A stretch of 64,000 bases of DNA from Octopus sinensis (lineage: Eukaryota). Shown here piece by piece: positions 13,093 to 25,945 of the stretch (its first letter is position 1; every line of letters begins with the position of its first letter). A model generated the notes under the pieces. That model had not been told where the DNA came from. It worked only from the letters and a program-made list of their open reading frames with translations, and searched no databases. The stretch covers positions 3,968,001 to 4,032,000 of the forward strand of contig NC_043011.1 of the NCBI RefSeq assembly GCF_006345805.1, read 5' to 3'. Position numbers and translations under genes: made by a program.

Positions 13093-13097
<5 letters not shown>
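12950..13097. repeat. foldback inverted repeat with deletions in one arm
   Basis: 17-bp perfect stem GAATGTTCTCTAGAGAA / TTCTCTAGAGAACATTC, plus outer matches AACCAATATGCTAGAA and TTTAGGGATAACC. Confidence 0.85.
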
Positions 13098-13161
<64 letters not shown>

Positions 13162-13469
13162 GTCTTTATTTGTGAATTAAGGCTACCATTTCATGTTAAG
13201 AACAGCAGGAAAATATTCTAATGTCTTGACAATTTTTCAAGCTGATCACAAGGAGAAAGGTGTCCGCTTCCATTTTAGAAAACTCTTGCTTTGTTCACTA
13301 GATTTCTCGTAAATTCACCTACATAAAACAATGAATCAAGGGACTTAAGTCATGTCTTTTGGATGTTTGTCTCCCTTGGATTCGTCTTTTACGTAATTTT
13401 TATTTGTGGTTAACTTGTTTGCATTATTATTCTTTGTTTGAAATTTGTGTGCTATGTGTGTTCACATTT

Positions 13470-14330
13470 AGGAAAGGGGCTATCAACTACGATATGAACA
13501 TCGAAAGAAGGTGGAATAAGCAACTCCCAGATAGAATGGAAAATTATTGCTAAAGTCAAAAAATACAGAGGTTACCAAATGTGAACTTCGTATTACTGAA
13601 AAATTACACATTACACAATCAACAGATAACATCTTAAATACTGGGGAGGAAATCTTCTCTACCTGCTTACACAAGCAATATTTTACACTCAAATATTTCA
13701 AAGAAGTGACCCTACATATGAGGATAACCCTACCAGAATAGCCCCTTATCCTGATAGGGATAAGGGGCTATCTTATCCCTACCACACACACACACTTCTG
13801 CACACATGCACACAAATACACACACACAAACAACACACATACACACACATGCACACAAAACAAAAAATTTCAAACACACACACACATACACATAAAAGCA
13901 AACATCATTAAAAAACACATACCCAGACACTCCCACACACAGCTGTAGATACTGAAAAGAAAACATCACACACACACATACATACACACAGGTGGAGACA
14001 CTCAAAAGAAAACATCAAACCCACGCATAACAAAAGGAAGGAAAATCCTAGGACATTCATCACATCATACACACCCATCAACACACAGCTGATCACATTC
14101 CAAACATATTGAAAGGAGATTCAACACACACACGCACACATACCCCCCGCCCCACACACACACACAGGTGGATATAAAACCCATTCAATAAATGTTTTTA
14201 AGCCACTCCTTTGGTAGGAATCCACAGAAAATGTATTAGACAATAAACAACTATACCCCCCTCTCTTTCTCTCTGACAATTTAAACGCTATACCAAACTA
14301 TAATTAAAGAAGATTTCAATGAAAATCTCC
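13470..14330 (+). mobile_element. Penelope-like element 3' remnant (C-terminus of the GIY-YIG endonuclease region plus 3' UTR)
   Basis: Frameshifted translation KGLSTTI*TSKEGG...IEWKIIAKVKKY/TKCELRITEKLHI...ILNTGEEIFSTCLHK fits the PLE pattern LS..IW.LK...I.W.II...C.LC..EK..I...LN.R.E....C.H. Confidence 0.6.
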
Positions 14331-14548
14331 AGACATGTTTTCGACTCCCAAACAGAAGTTAGAATGTTTTTACTTAAAATTTTTATAGATTTTTCTAATA
14401 TTTGATAAGATGAGATTCATCATTGAAACTGGTAGCATTCTATATGTCTTTATATAAATTTTAAAATCATTTTATTAAATTATTTCTAAATTGAAATGTC
14501 TTAGATTTACTTCTGTGTTATTTCCACCGCTATTTTTTATACATACAT

Positions 14549-14798
14549 ACATCATCATCATCATCATCATCATCGTTTAACGTCCGTTTTCCGCGCTAGC
14601 ACGGGTTGGACGGTTTCGACCGGGGTCTGGGGAGCTCAGGGACTGCCCCAGGCTCCAGTCTAGTCTGGCAGTGTTTCTACAGCTGGATGCCCTTCCTAAC
14701 GCCAACCACTCCGCGAGTGTAGTGGGTGTTTTTTACGTGCCACCTGCACAGGTGCCAGAGGGGTCTGGCATCGGCCACGTTCGGATGGTGCTTTTTAT
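14549..14798 (-). mobile_element. RTE 3' UTR (family B), young copy with CpGs retained
   Basis: Reverse complement of the family B tail; ends at the tandem array. Confidence 0.8.
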
Positions 14799-15637
14799 GG
14801 GGGGGGTGCAGAAATATAGGGGAGCACCAGTGGGAGGGGTGGTTCAGAGGACAGGTACTAGTCAAGTAGAACGTAGGATATCGAGAGAGGGGTAATGCAT
14901 GGTGAAATAGCGTATTGAAGAGGGGGTTCAAAGAGTAGACACCTATAATGGTGGTGGGGGGGTGCAGAAATATAGGGGAGCACCAGTGGGAGGGGTGGTT
15001 CAGGGGACAGGTTCTAGGCAAGTAGAACGTAGGATATCGAGAGAGGGGTGATGCATGGTGAAATAGCGTATGAAGAGGGGGTTCAAAGAGTAGACACCTA
15101 TAATGGTGGTGGGGGGGTGCAGAAATATAGAGGAGCACCAGTGGGAGGGGTGGGCACCAGTGGGAGGGGTGGGCACCAGTGGGAGGGGTGGTTCAGAGGA
15201 CAGGTTCTAGGCAAGTAGAACGTAGGATATCGAGAGAGGGGTAATGCATGGTGAATAGCGTATTGAAGAGGGGGTTCAAAGAGTAGACACCTATAATGGT
15301 GGTGGGGGGGTGCAGAAATATAGGGGAGTACCAGTGGGAGGGGTGGTTCAGAGGACAGGTTCTAGGCAAGTAGAACGTAGGATATCGAGAGAGGGGTAAT
15401 GCATGGTGAAATAGCGTATTGAAGAGGGGGTTCAAAGAGTAGACACCTATAATGGTGGTGGGGGGATGCAGAAATATAGGGGAGCACCAGTGGGAGGGGT
15501 GAGCACCAGTGGGAGGGGTGGTCCAGAGGACAGGTTCTAGGCAAGAAGAACGTAGGATATCGAGAGAGGGGTAATGCATGGTGAAATAGCGTATTGAAGA
15601 GGGGGTTCAAAGAGTAGACACCTATAATGGTGGTGGG
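14799..15637. repeat. G-rich tandem array, 5 units of about 155-156 bp with internal 19-bp sub-duplications
   Basis: GCAGAAA recurs at 14808, 14964, 15119, 15312 and 15468. Unit 3 has two extra copies and unit 5 one extra copy of GCACCAGTGGGAGGGGTG(G/A). Confidence 0.95.
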
Positions 15638-15914
15638 AGAAAACGACATCCGGTATAGTTGGAGCAAAATAGAGATATCCGGTATTGGTGGTGGGGGTGG
15701 GTAGGGCGGGCGCGCCGCGAAGAATCGGCAGCAATTTCTATAAGGGAGATATATCTTAAATATCTATAACGATAACTAGTGAATTATACAGAATATGCAA
15801 AAACGAGGCGAGGCTGAAAATAGTAAACAGAGTGGCGACTAGGGGGATCAGAATAATAATAATTAATAAATAATAATAATAAATACATATATATATATAT
15901 ATATATATCAATAC

Positions 15915-15946
<32 letters not shown>

Positions 15947-15984
15947 CAATATATAAGTATATATATATATATATCAATACATAA

Positions 15985-16024
<40 letters not shown>

Positions 16025-16089
16025 ATATATAAGTATATATATATATATCAATACATAAGTGTATATATATATATTATATATATATATAT

Positions 16090-16557
16090 ATAAATCCCAT
16101 TCTGTGTGTGTGTGTGTGTGTTTGTGTATGTAAAAGATTATAATGGCCATATTTTTCAACTGATTTTCTCCAAACTGGGAATATACATTACTTATGTTCC
16201 AGGGATGGTTTTAGACTCTTAAAAGTTTTCAGATAATGAGTAACAGGACCCGTTGTTACATGGAGAAGAGAAGTAACTGGGAAGTAACTTTGGGAAATTG
16301 ATTGTCTCTCTTACATCCGTTGGTTCCAAAAATATTAAGAATATTGCTTTTTATATTATATTCATGCCTTTCAAAGTTTAAAAAATATTTACTTCTGGTT
16401 TCCTAGCATATTTCTCTGTCTATATCTCTCTATCCATCTCTCTCTATCTTTCTTTCTATATCTGTCTATCCATCTCTATCTCTATATCTATCTATTTGTC
16501 TCTATCTATCTGACTATATCTTATCTATCTATATCTATCTTATTTATTTAACTAGCT

Positions 16558-16644
<87 letters not shown>

Positions 16645-17801
16645 CACTCTCTATTGTTTTCACTTTCATTTTTCAGATGCTATTGTTATCACTTTAAGTT
16701 CAATCCCTATTGTTTTCACTGTAAGTTTTCAATCGCTATTTACAAACAACAACGACAAATTATTGACAGAAGGAAGTTCACGGTTACCGATGAAAGTAAT
16801 TTCATACATAATTTACTGACAGAAGTAACTTCATAAGTTTCACTTCATTAAATTTGCCTATAAATCTTTTATTTGATTTTGCAACTTTTTGTATTCTTTG
16901 TTGTTGACAGAATTACTGATAAAAGTAAGCTCATAATTTACTGACAGAAGTAACTACAAAAATTTCACTTAAATCCATGCCCTTAGTTAATTTCCCTAAA
17001 TATTTCTTATTTACTTTTGCAACGGTTTTGTGTTTTTCTGTTGTTAATACTTTTTTCTGGTTCACTAAGTGACAAATTTCACTCACTTCAACTCATACAA
17101 TTCTTTATTTTCTGTAAAAATGTCTTATTTACTTCCTGCCCGTCGTATTAAGAAATATAATTTCTATTATCCAGTTTTTGTCATTGTTTACTATCTTCTG
17201 CACCCCTGTATTTCTGTATATGTGTATAACCATGCCTAGAAGGAAAGTGTCAAATTTGTCTACAACGTCAAGGTCAGCCAAAAGAATGTCGCTGTCCAGA
17301 GAAAGAGAGACGAACAGACTGTGCACTACAAAAGCCAGAGCATCTCAAAGTGATGAACAGAGGTATGCATGGCTGACAAGGAATAGGATCTCCACTGCAG
17401 AACAAAGAGCAGTTGCAACAGCTCAGAGAAGCAACTTCTATGAAGCAGCTTTTAATTACGATCTAGCAGTTCCTTATGCAGATGAGACTAGAGTTTCCAT
17501 TGGTGCAATGACAACTGAGTGCATGCATTGTAAAGCAAAGAAGTGGCCTGGAGAGACACTTGCACTGTGCTGCAGTAATGGAAAGGTTAAACTCCCTGCA
17601 ATCCACCAGCCTCCAGAACCATTGAAGAAACCGTTGTCATCAACTGACCAAGATTCCAAGCACTTCCACAAGTGGATTGGGGAGTTATAAATGTAGAAAT
17701 TTGGTATCTCAGCTACTAGCTGTTAAAGCCTGTGTAATCTAGATGCAGTTTTAAATTACATTATTCTCTTTAACCCAGCCAATGTTGGGTATTTCTGCTA
17801 G
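16090..17801 (+). mobile_element. internally deleted Helitron; 5' end unresolved within the TA-rich tract 15908-16095
   Basis: RepHel N-terminal ORF; 3' hairpin ACCCAGC-CAAT-GTTGGGT (17773-17790) followed by CTAG (17798-17801) and T. Confidence 0.85.
17232..17690 (+). pseudogene. truncated Helitron Rep/Helicase N-terminus
   Basis: AFNYD...IGAMTTECMHCKAKKWPGET...CCSNGKVKLP...PPEPL...SKHF is the Helitron N-terminal Cys-rich motif. The ORF breaks where I(R)xYN is expected. Confidence 0.85.
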
Positions 17802-17880
17802 TACATATAAAGATATATATATAGAGAGAGAGATAGATATACATATAAATACATATATATATATATATATGTAGATATAT

Positions 17881-17944
<64 letters not shown>

Positions 17945-17994
17945 ATATATATATAAAGATATATACATATATATATAAATACATATATATCTTC

Positions 17995-18372
17995 CAGGAT
18001 GAGGCTCGTCTTCTAGGCTGTAGTTTCTAGCTCAGAATCTCTGGAACCACTGTTGATACTGGCTTACGCATATTATCCAATCCCCATATACTGCATTAAT
18101 ATTCCTCGCATTTTCTCTTGCATTGTTGCTTTTATTGAACTCATAAAGCAAAAATATGCTGAATATGCTCCTTTGTTACTTCCATTATAACTTTGAAAAG
18201 ATGACTGCTAAAATCAAACTGTACTCTTCAAAGGGTGCACTAAGAGTAAGGACAAGGTAAAATTACAACCTGCTTTTATAGCAAGTTGATGCAGGTATTT
18301 TATTGCATTCTCCCCCGACTTTTAGTTCATGCAATTGAAAAAAACCACATTATTTATGGGATGACCCTATGT
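17995..18372 (-). mobile_element. mariner 5' end (TIR, leader and HTH exon), decayed
   Basis: [34 protein letters not shown]...[20 protein letters not shown]; TIR-like AGGGTCATCCCATAAATAATG. Confidence 0.8.
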
Positions 18373-18373
18373 A

Positions 18374-18404
<31 letters not shown>

Positions 18405-18439
18405 ATTAGAGACAAAACCACTATTTTGCAAAACATATT

Positions 18440-18576
18440 TTGTAATTTTACCTTGTCCTTACTCTTAGTGCACCCTTTGAAGAGTACAGTTTGATTTTAG
18501 CAGTCATCTTTTCAAGTTATAATGGAAGTAACAAAGGAGCATATTCAGCATATTTTTGCTTTATGAGTTCAATAAA
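18440..18576 (+). repeat. near-perfect inverted copy of 18131-18268
   Basis: 137/138-bp arms differing by a single T indel. Confidence 0.9.
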
Positions 18577-18610
18577 TATATGTATGTATGTATATATATA
18601 TGTATGCATG

Positions 18611-18643
<33 letters not shown>

Positions 18644-18674
18644 ATGTATATATATATGTTATATATATATATAT

Positions 18675-18771
<97 letters not shown>

Positions 18772-18779
18772 CACTTACA

Positions 18780-18830
<51 letters not shown>

Positions 18831-19109
18831 GGTGCATTAAATTATTTCTTTAAATAGATGGCCAGGGATAAAAGATAAGAGGAAGACAGAGAGAAATAAA
18901 TAAGAAGGAGAAGGAGGACTGGCTAGATAAAGAGTTATCAGCATAGTTTAGTCAAGAACTAAAGTTCTTGTGCCAAAAGAGAAATTACTGCTAACCCAAT
19001 GACAATCAAACCAGAACATTTATAACATACATGCATTTATACACACGCACATACATGTATGGACAAACTGCACACACAAAAAAATATCTACATACACGAT
19101 CAAACAAAT

Positions 19110-19415
19110 GTACAAGTATATAAATAATACATATGCATATATACATACATATATGTACGTACCTACCTCTACATGTATATATACACGCATATATGGGTAC
19201 AGGACACAAAAAAAACGTCGAACACAATGAGAAACGAAAACATAAACACAAAACCAAGGAACTGGACATTTTTCTTAAACGACAAAAAAGTAGAGTACAG
19301 GACAAATAACACAAGGAAAATTCCCCTTCTTCAGTCACCATGGTTTCATCTACTCTGCATTTCGAAGGTGAAGGCGATACACATCTTCGATAGAAACTTT
19401 CTTTCCTGCAATTTA
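19110..19415 (-). mobile_element. unclassified interspersed repeat X (copy 1), possibly Penelope-related
   Basis: Closely matches 27510-27800. Confidence 0.7.
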
Positions 19416-19544
19416 TTAATTTATTATATGACGGAATGCAAGCATCCATTTCTAAGTAAGATTGTTCTTGATACAAGTATATATATAAACAAGTATGTAT
19501 GTAACTATACAAACATACATATTTATATAATGCTGGAAGCTTAG

Positions 19545-20286
19545 TTACTAGAATAAGAACAGGCTGGGTAAAGTCCGGAGGGCTTCTTTCTACCTTCGTT
19601 AGTAACTAAGGGGCTTTCCTTCAAGATGAAAGGCAGATTGTATGATGCTTGTGTACATGCAGCTATGCCATATGGCAGTGAAACATGGGCCTTGGCTACA
19701 AAGGACTTGTGAAGGCTTGAAAGAAATGAAGCTAGCTTGCTCCACTGGATGGGTAATGTTAGTGTGCATACACACAGCAGAGTCTGAGTGATTTAAGAGG
19801 AAAATTTGGTATAAGAGGCATCAGATGCTGTGTGCAAGAGAGAAGATTGCACTGGTTTGGTCTGAGTTCTAATTGTGGTAGGAACCTGTGGAAGCAGTAG
19901 ACCTAGGAAGATGCGAGCCAAAGTGGTTGGAAAAGATCTTCAGATTCAGGCACTCACTGAGGAAATGAGAAAAGACTGGGAGCTGTGATTGTTTGCTGTA
20001 CTTGAGAAGATGTGTCAAGCCAAGTAAAATCGCTGTCATCCATACATAGAGGCTTGTCCCTTGCAGGTCTGGTGCCTTGTAAAGTGGACACACGCACCTG
20101 CGTCAGTTGCATGTAAAAAGCAACCACCAGCACACTCTGTAAAGGGAAGGACATTATGAAGAGCATCTAGCTGTAGAAATCACACAACAGATGATATGAA
20201 ATTTGGACCGCTCCCTGGCTGGCCAATTCCTGTCAAACCATCCAACCCATGCTAGCATGGAAAAAAGACATTAAACGATGATGATG
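19545..20286 (+). mobile_element. RTE LINE 3' fragment (RT C-terminus plus 3' UTR)
   Basis: KGRLYDACVHAAMPYGSETWAL...RLERNEASLLHWM...QERRLHWFG...GTCG..RPRK, then the family B tail ending in (GAT)n. Confidence 0.85.
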
Positions 20287-20700
20287 GAGTGGCTGTGTAG
20301 TAAGTAGCTTGCTTACCAACTACATGGTTCCGGGTTCAGTCCCACTGCATGGCACCTTGGGTAAGTGTCTTCTACTATAGCCTCGGGACGACCAAAGCCT
20401 TGTGAGTGGATTTGGTAGACAGAAACTGAAAGAAGCCCGTCGTATATATGTATATATATATATGTGTATGTATATGTGTGTGTGTATGTTTGTGTGTCTG
20501 TGTTTGTCCGACCAGCATCGCTTAACAACCGATGCTGGTGTGTTTACATCCCCGTAACTTAGCGGTTCGGTAAAAGTGACCAATAGAATAAGTACTAGGC
20601 TTACAAACAATAAGTCCCGGGGTCGATTTGATCAACTAAAGGTAGTGCTCCAGCATGGCCACAGTCAAATGACTGAAACAAGTAAAAGAGTAAAAGAGTA
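20287..20700 (+). mobile_element. SINE family A inserted at the (GAT)n tail of the RTE
   Basis: Matches the family A consensus. Confidence 0.85.
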
Positions 20701-20889
20701 TATATATATATACACATACATATATATGTTTTGTATGTATATATGCACACACAAACACAGGTCATTGAGTTGCTATATCAGTGTTTTTCATTATACTGAT
20801 CTTTTTTGTTGGCTGAACAATTGCACTCTGTGGCAGAGAGTCATCAGCTTATATATATAAAGTGTTGTGTGTGTCTCTGTATGTGCATA

Positions 20890-22040
20890 CACATGTATGT
20901 ATGTATGTATGTATGTATGTATGTATGTATGTATGTGTGTATGTATGTGTGTATGTATGTGTGTATGTGTGTATGTATGTATGTGTGTATGTATGTGTGT
21001 ATGTATGTATGTATGTGTGTATGTGTGTATGTATGTATGTATGTATGTATGTGTGTATGTATGCATGTATGTGTGTATGTATGTATGTGTGTATGTATGT
21101 ATGTATGTATGTATGTATGTATGTATGTATGTATGTGTGTATGTTTGTGTGTATGTGTGTATGTATGCATGTGTGTATGTATGTATTTATGTATGTATGT
21201 ATGTATGTGTGTATGTATGTGTGTATGTGTGTATGTATGTATGTGTGTATGTATGTATGTGTGTATGTATGTATGTATGTGTGTATGTGTGTATGTATGT
21301 ATGTATGTATGATGTATGTATGTATGTGTGTATGTATGTATGTATGTATGTGTGTATGTATGTATGTGTGTATGTATGTATGTATGTATGTATGTATGTA
21401 TGTATGTATGTGTGTATGTATGTGTGTATGTGTGTATGTATGTATGTGTGTATGTATGTATTTATGTATGTATGTATGTATGTATGTATGTGTGTATGTA
21501 TGTGTGTATGTGTGTATGTATGTATGTGTGTATGTATGTATGTATGTATGTATGTATGTATGTATGTATGTGTGTATGTGTGTATGTATGTATGTATGTA
21601 TGTATGTGTGTATGTGTGTATGTGTGTATGTATGTATGTATGTGTGTGTGTATGTGTGTATGTATGTATGTATGTATGTATGCATGTATGTATGTATGTA
21701 TGTATGTGTGTATGTATGTATGTATGTATGTATGTATGTATGTATGCATGTATGTATGTATGTATGTGAGTGTATGTATGTATGCATGTATGTATGTATG
21801 TATTATGTATGTATATGTATGTATGTATGTATGCATGTATGTATGCATGTATGTGTGTGTGTATGTATGTATGTATATTGTATGTATGTATGTATGTATG
21901 TATGTATGTATGTATGTATGTATGTGTATGTATGTATGTATGTATGTATGTATGTTGTCTGTGTGTATGTATGTAGGTATGGATGTATGTATGTATGTAT
22001 GTATGTATGGATGGATGGATGGATGGATTAATGGATGGAT
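20890..22040. repeat. very long (TATG/TGTG)n microsatellite
   Basis: Directly visible; source of the 245-389 aa spurious ORFs. Confidence 0.97.
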
Positions 22041-22403
22041 AGATATAATATAAGGAATATGTAGAGTTTGAACACAGAAAAAAATTCAATTTATTATATA
22101 ATGGTCAATTTCATCTTGCCTACGTACGTTTCAATTTCTTTTCTTCATTCATATTTTGCAATTAAGATTGCATTATGCATTTAAAGGTAAAAATCTCTTC
22201 AGGGCAAAATCTGATACCCTAATACTAACACAAATTAATGAAATCCAAAGTATATAAATGGATATGGAGTTAAACTGGTGTTCTCTTGGATCAAATACAT
22301 CCTGTGGAAGATTAATCACTTTACATTCAAAACTTCATATATATATATATGAATATATATATATAATATATAATATATATATAATATATATATATAATAT
22401 ATA

Positions 22404-22434
<31 letters not shown>

Positions 22435-22562
22435 CATATATATATAGAGAGAGAAAATGAGAGAGAGTGATACATACAGCCATACACACACAATATTTTA
22501 TACATATAATAAGCTGTTGACTTTTTGTCACAATGTGCAATTGTATACACACACATGCAAAT

Positions 22563-22623
<61 letters not shown>

Positions 22624-23042
22624 CGGTATATCATACTTATATATCACTGAGTTATGATTTTTTTTTCTTCTCTCCTTGTCTACATTTTAATAAGCTTGAG
22701 GCAACAGAACAACATAGCAGCACAGAATTAAAAGGAAGAGGAGAAAATATAAGATTAGAGCGAAAATATCTGCATTGAAAAAAAGAAATGTTACTCCTAT
22801 ATTATATGAGAACTAAAATAGAATTCAACACATAATTTAATTTTGCATCATATAATTCGTTTTTCAAATTAACCGTGACATCAATTGCAAAGGTAGCATT
22901 TTGTGAAAATCCATTCTTTTCTGTGCTTTTTTACTCTAGTTTTATATATATTTGTTGATTCATGTTGCTTTTGTATGTTATTTAGTGATTTATTGTACAA
23001 ATGTGTATGTGTGTGTTTGAGTGAACTTTTGTGTAAGTATAT

Positions 23043-23448
23043 ACTCTTTTACTCTCTTTTACTTGTTTCAGTCATTTGACTGCGGCCATGCTGGAGCACC
23101 GCCTTTAGTCGAGCAAATCGACCCCGGGACTTATTCTTTGTAAGCCCAGTGCTTATTCTATCGGTCTCTTTTGCCGAACCGCTAAGTGACGGGGACGTAA
23201 ACACACCAGCATCGGTTGTCAAGCAATGCTAGGGGGACAAACACAGACACACAAACATACACGCACACATGTATATATATATATACATATATACGGTGGG
23301 CTTCTTTCAGTTTCCATCTACCAAATCCACTCACAAGGCATTGGTCGGCCCGGGGCTATAGCAGAAGACACTTGCCCAAGATGCCACGCAGTGGGACTGA
23401 ACCCGGAACCATTTGGCTGGTTAGCAAGCTACTTACCACACAGCCACT
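23043..23448 (-). mobile_element. SINE family A
   Basis: Matches the consensus; CpGs largely intact. Confidence 0.9.
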
Positions 23449-24159
23449 TTGTGAATGTATGTACGATATGATTAGTGTTGTGAAACGATAGATACTACTC
23501 AGTTTTATTTAGGCACCCTCTTTTGTTCAATTACTCTTTTTCTTCTGCTTTTCTCACCTCTCTTGCTTTCTATAACTTTTGTCTGGTTTCTCTCTTTGTT
23601 TTTTTTTTTTCTGTCCTTATCTCTATGCTTCTCTCACTTTTGGAGGTTAGGATACTAAATGGAATGACATTGTAACAATCTCCTTGCTTTGGGGCGATAT
23701 TAAAGTTGCCTTCCATTAGTTAAAACCCTGGAAAGAATTTCTTGTGGAATTAATTTTGAGCAACAGTACCAGCAGCCATCATGTTTCTATTTTAGTTAAT
23801 TCATTGTAAATCCATTAGAGTATTGAATCCAGACTAGATTTGAGTTTTGTTCCCTTGGCATTTACTGACTTCTTTCTGCCATGATGTAGTATGAAAGTGA
23901 AACATTCTAAATAAAATGCATCTTTGATTGTTGAGAATCAATAATGGATAGATAATTCGTTTTTTTTTTGCTTTTTGTATCAGTAACATCCATCTGTACT
24001 TGATACTCCTGTTTTTTGGGCCCTGGTTTGTCATTGATCCAGTACACCTACATCATATGTGTAGCCGATCAGATGAGTAGCAGAAATCTATAGAACCAGT
24101 GTTCCAGATAAATCAAACCACACTCAATTTGAGGGCCACTCTATGCACTCAGGCATCCA

Positions 24160-24390
24160 GTGGCTCATCATACTGGTTTCAAATTTTGTCAAAAGGCTAG
24201 CAATTCAAAGGAGACGAATAGTCTATATACATTGGCCCCAGTTCTCAACAGTTACTTATTTTATCAACTCCTAGAGAATGAAAGATAAAGCTGGCCTGAG
24301 CAAAATTTGAACTCAAAATGTAAAGACAGACGAAATACCACTAAGCATTTCGCCCACCATGCTAATGACTCTGCCAGCTCACCACCATAA
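24160..24390 (-). mobile_element. tRNA-derived SINE family C
   Basis: Reverse complement of the 54117-54348 type (GGTGGCGAGCTGGCAGAA...GAGTTCAAATT...GCCTTTCAT). Confidence 0.7.
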
Positions 24391-25497
24391 TTACTCCTCA
24401 TATTGACTACAGTAACACAGTCCAGTATGATACATTTCTTTTATTAATCAGTTCTTTTTGTACCCCTACTGTTCATATTTAGCCCTATGTAGGGTAGAGG
24501 ATTGGCAAAATCAGTAGAGCATCAAGCAAAATGCTTTGTAGTGTTTCTTTCAGCTCTTTGGATTTCGAGTTCAAGTCTCACTGTGATTCACTCTGCTTTT
24601 CATTCTTCTGAGTCAATTAAGTGTCATCAATCAGAGTCAATTTCTTTGATTAATCCTTTCCTCCTTCCAAATTTGTGGTTTTGTGCCTATGTTAGAAATC
24701 ATAATTCTGTACCATGTAATTTTTCCTCAAGTAGGACTATAACCAAAGTATATGGATATGCCAGTTTGGGAGGTTTCTTTTTTTGTTTGTTTTTTAAGCA
24801 TAGTATACCATTGACGTAGGAGCAGCCATGTGATAATAAGATTGCTTCCCAATCACATGGTTCTGGGTTCAGTCCCACTTCATAGCACCTTTGGCAGGTG
24901 TCTCTTTTTAGGCATAGTATACCATAGGCACAGGAGTGGCTGTGCATTAAGAAGATTGCTTCCCAACCACATGGTTTCAGGTTAAAATCTATTTTAATAT
25001 TAACTTTGGTATCTTGTTTTAGTCTATTCTGAGTACTTGGTTTTAGCAGTCTGAATAATCAGTGCTTTAGATCAAGAACCATACTATTGCAACCAGTTTT
25101 GCAGTATAGATCCTTTGTTGATGCAACAGATTTTTATGAGACACTCTTTGTGAAAAGCTTTGATCGTATTTATGTCTCCTTGTCACCACTCCACATTGCC
25201 TGCATTCTGAACCAAAAGGTTTATTGATGCTGCTCATATATTTTTTTCAAGTATGTTTTTGAAAGTGTCTGGACAGAGGGGAAAATAGTGTTATTGTAAT
25301 GTTCTACAGCAATATTAACTGAAAGGACGACAACAAAAACAAACAACAATGATAACAATGATGGCAGTGATACAGGAGGAGGAGGCAGCGGCGGCGGCGC
25401 TGGTGGTGGTGATGGTGGTGGTGATGGTGGTGGTGGTGGTACACTCCTTTGTTCGTTCATTTGATGCCTTGCTAGCATGAGTTACACAAATATGTAA

Positions 25498-25798
25498 AAG
25501 CACATGGCTTAATGCTTAAGGTTTTCGACCTCTCGATTGCAAGGCTGTGAGTTCAATTCCCAGCAGTGCATTGTGTCCTTGAGCAAGACACTTTATTTCA
25601 CATTCCCCCAGTTCCACTCAGCTGGCAAAAATGGCTTGTACCTGTAATTCAAACGACTGGTCTTGTTACACTCAGTGTCACATTGAATCACCCTGAGAAC
25701 TACATTAAGGGTATGCCTGTCTGTGGAGTACTCAGCCACTTGCACATTAATTTCATGAGCAAGCAGTTCTGTTGAGGAGACCAACTGGAACTCTTGTC
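25498..25798 (+). mobile_element. tRNA-derived SINE, a further family
   Basis: A-box-like TGGCTTAATGCTTAAGG, B-box GAGTTCAATTCC, then TGTGTCCTTGAGCAAGACACTT. Confidence 0.65.
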
Positions 25799-25945
25799 AT
25801 CAACATCATTGTTCGACCGTGGTCGAGACAATTGAATTTACCATGCTACGCCAGACTTCACGGTCCATCATGGCATTACGGAGGTCCTGTTGCTGGATGC
25901 CTGTATCCCTGGAGATTACATCTTGTAGCTGTAAGTGACTAAGTG
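25799..25945 (-). mobile_element. RTE/RTE-X LINE extreme 3' end
   Basis: DVISRDTGIQQQDLRNAMMDREVWRSMVNSIVSTTVEQ*, followed by a TGA-repeat tail; DR..WR motif. Confidence 0.7.

Noticed and set aside
14799-15637. CRISPR-like periodicity, and ORFs in the array
   Set aside because: There are no unique spacers, the context is eukaryotic, and the ORFs merely follow the repeat.
20806-22089. Long ORFs (up to 389 aa) rich in MYVC/HTYI, and similar ORFs elsewhere
   Set aside because: They are translations of (TATG)n, (TA)n, (CA)n, (CAT)n and (TAT)n microsatellites.
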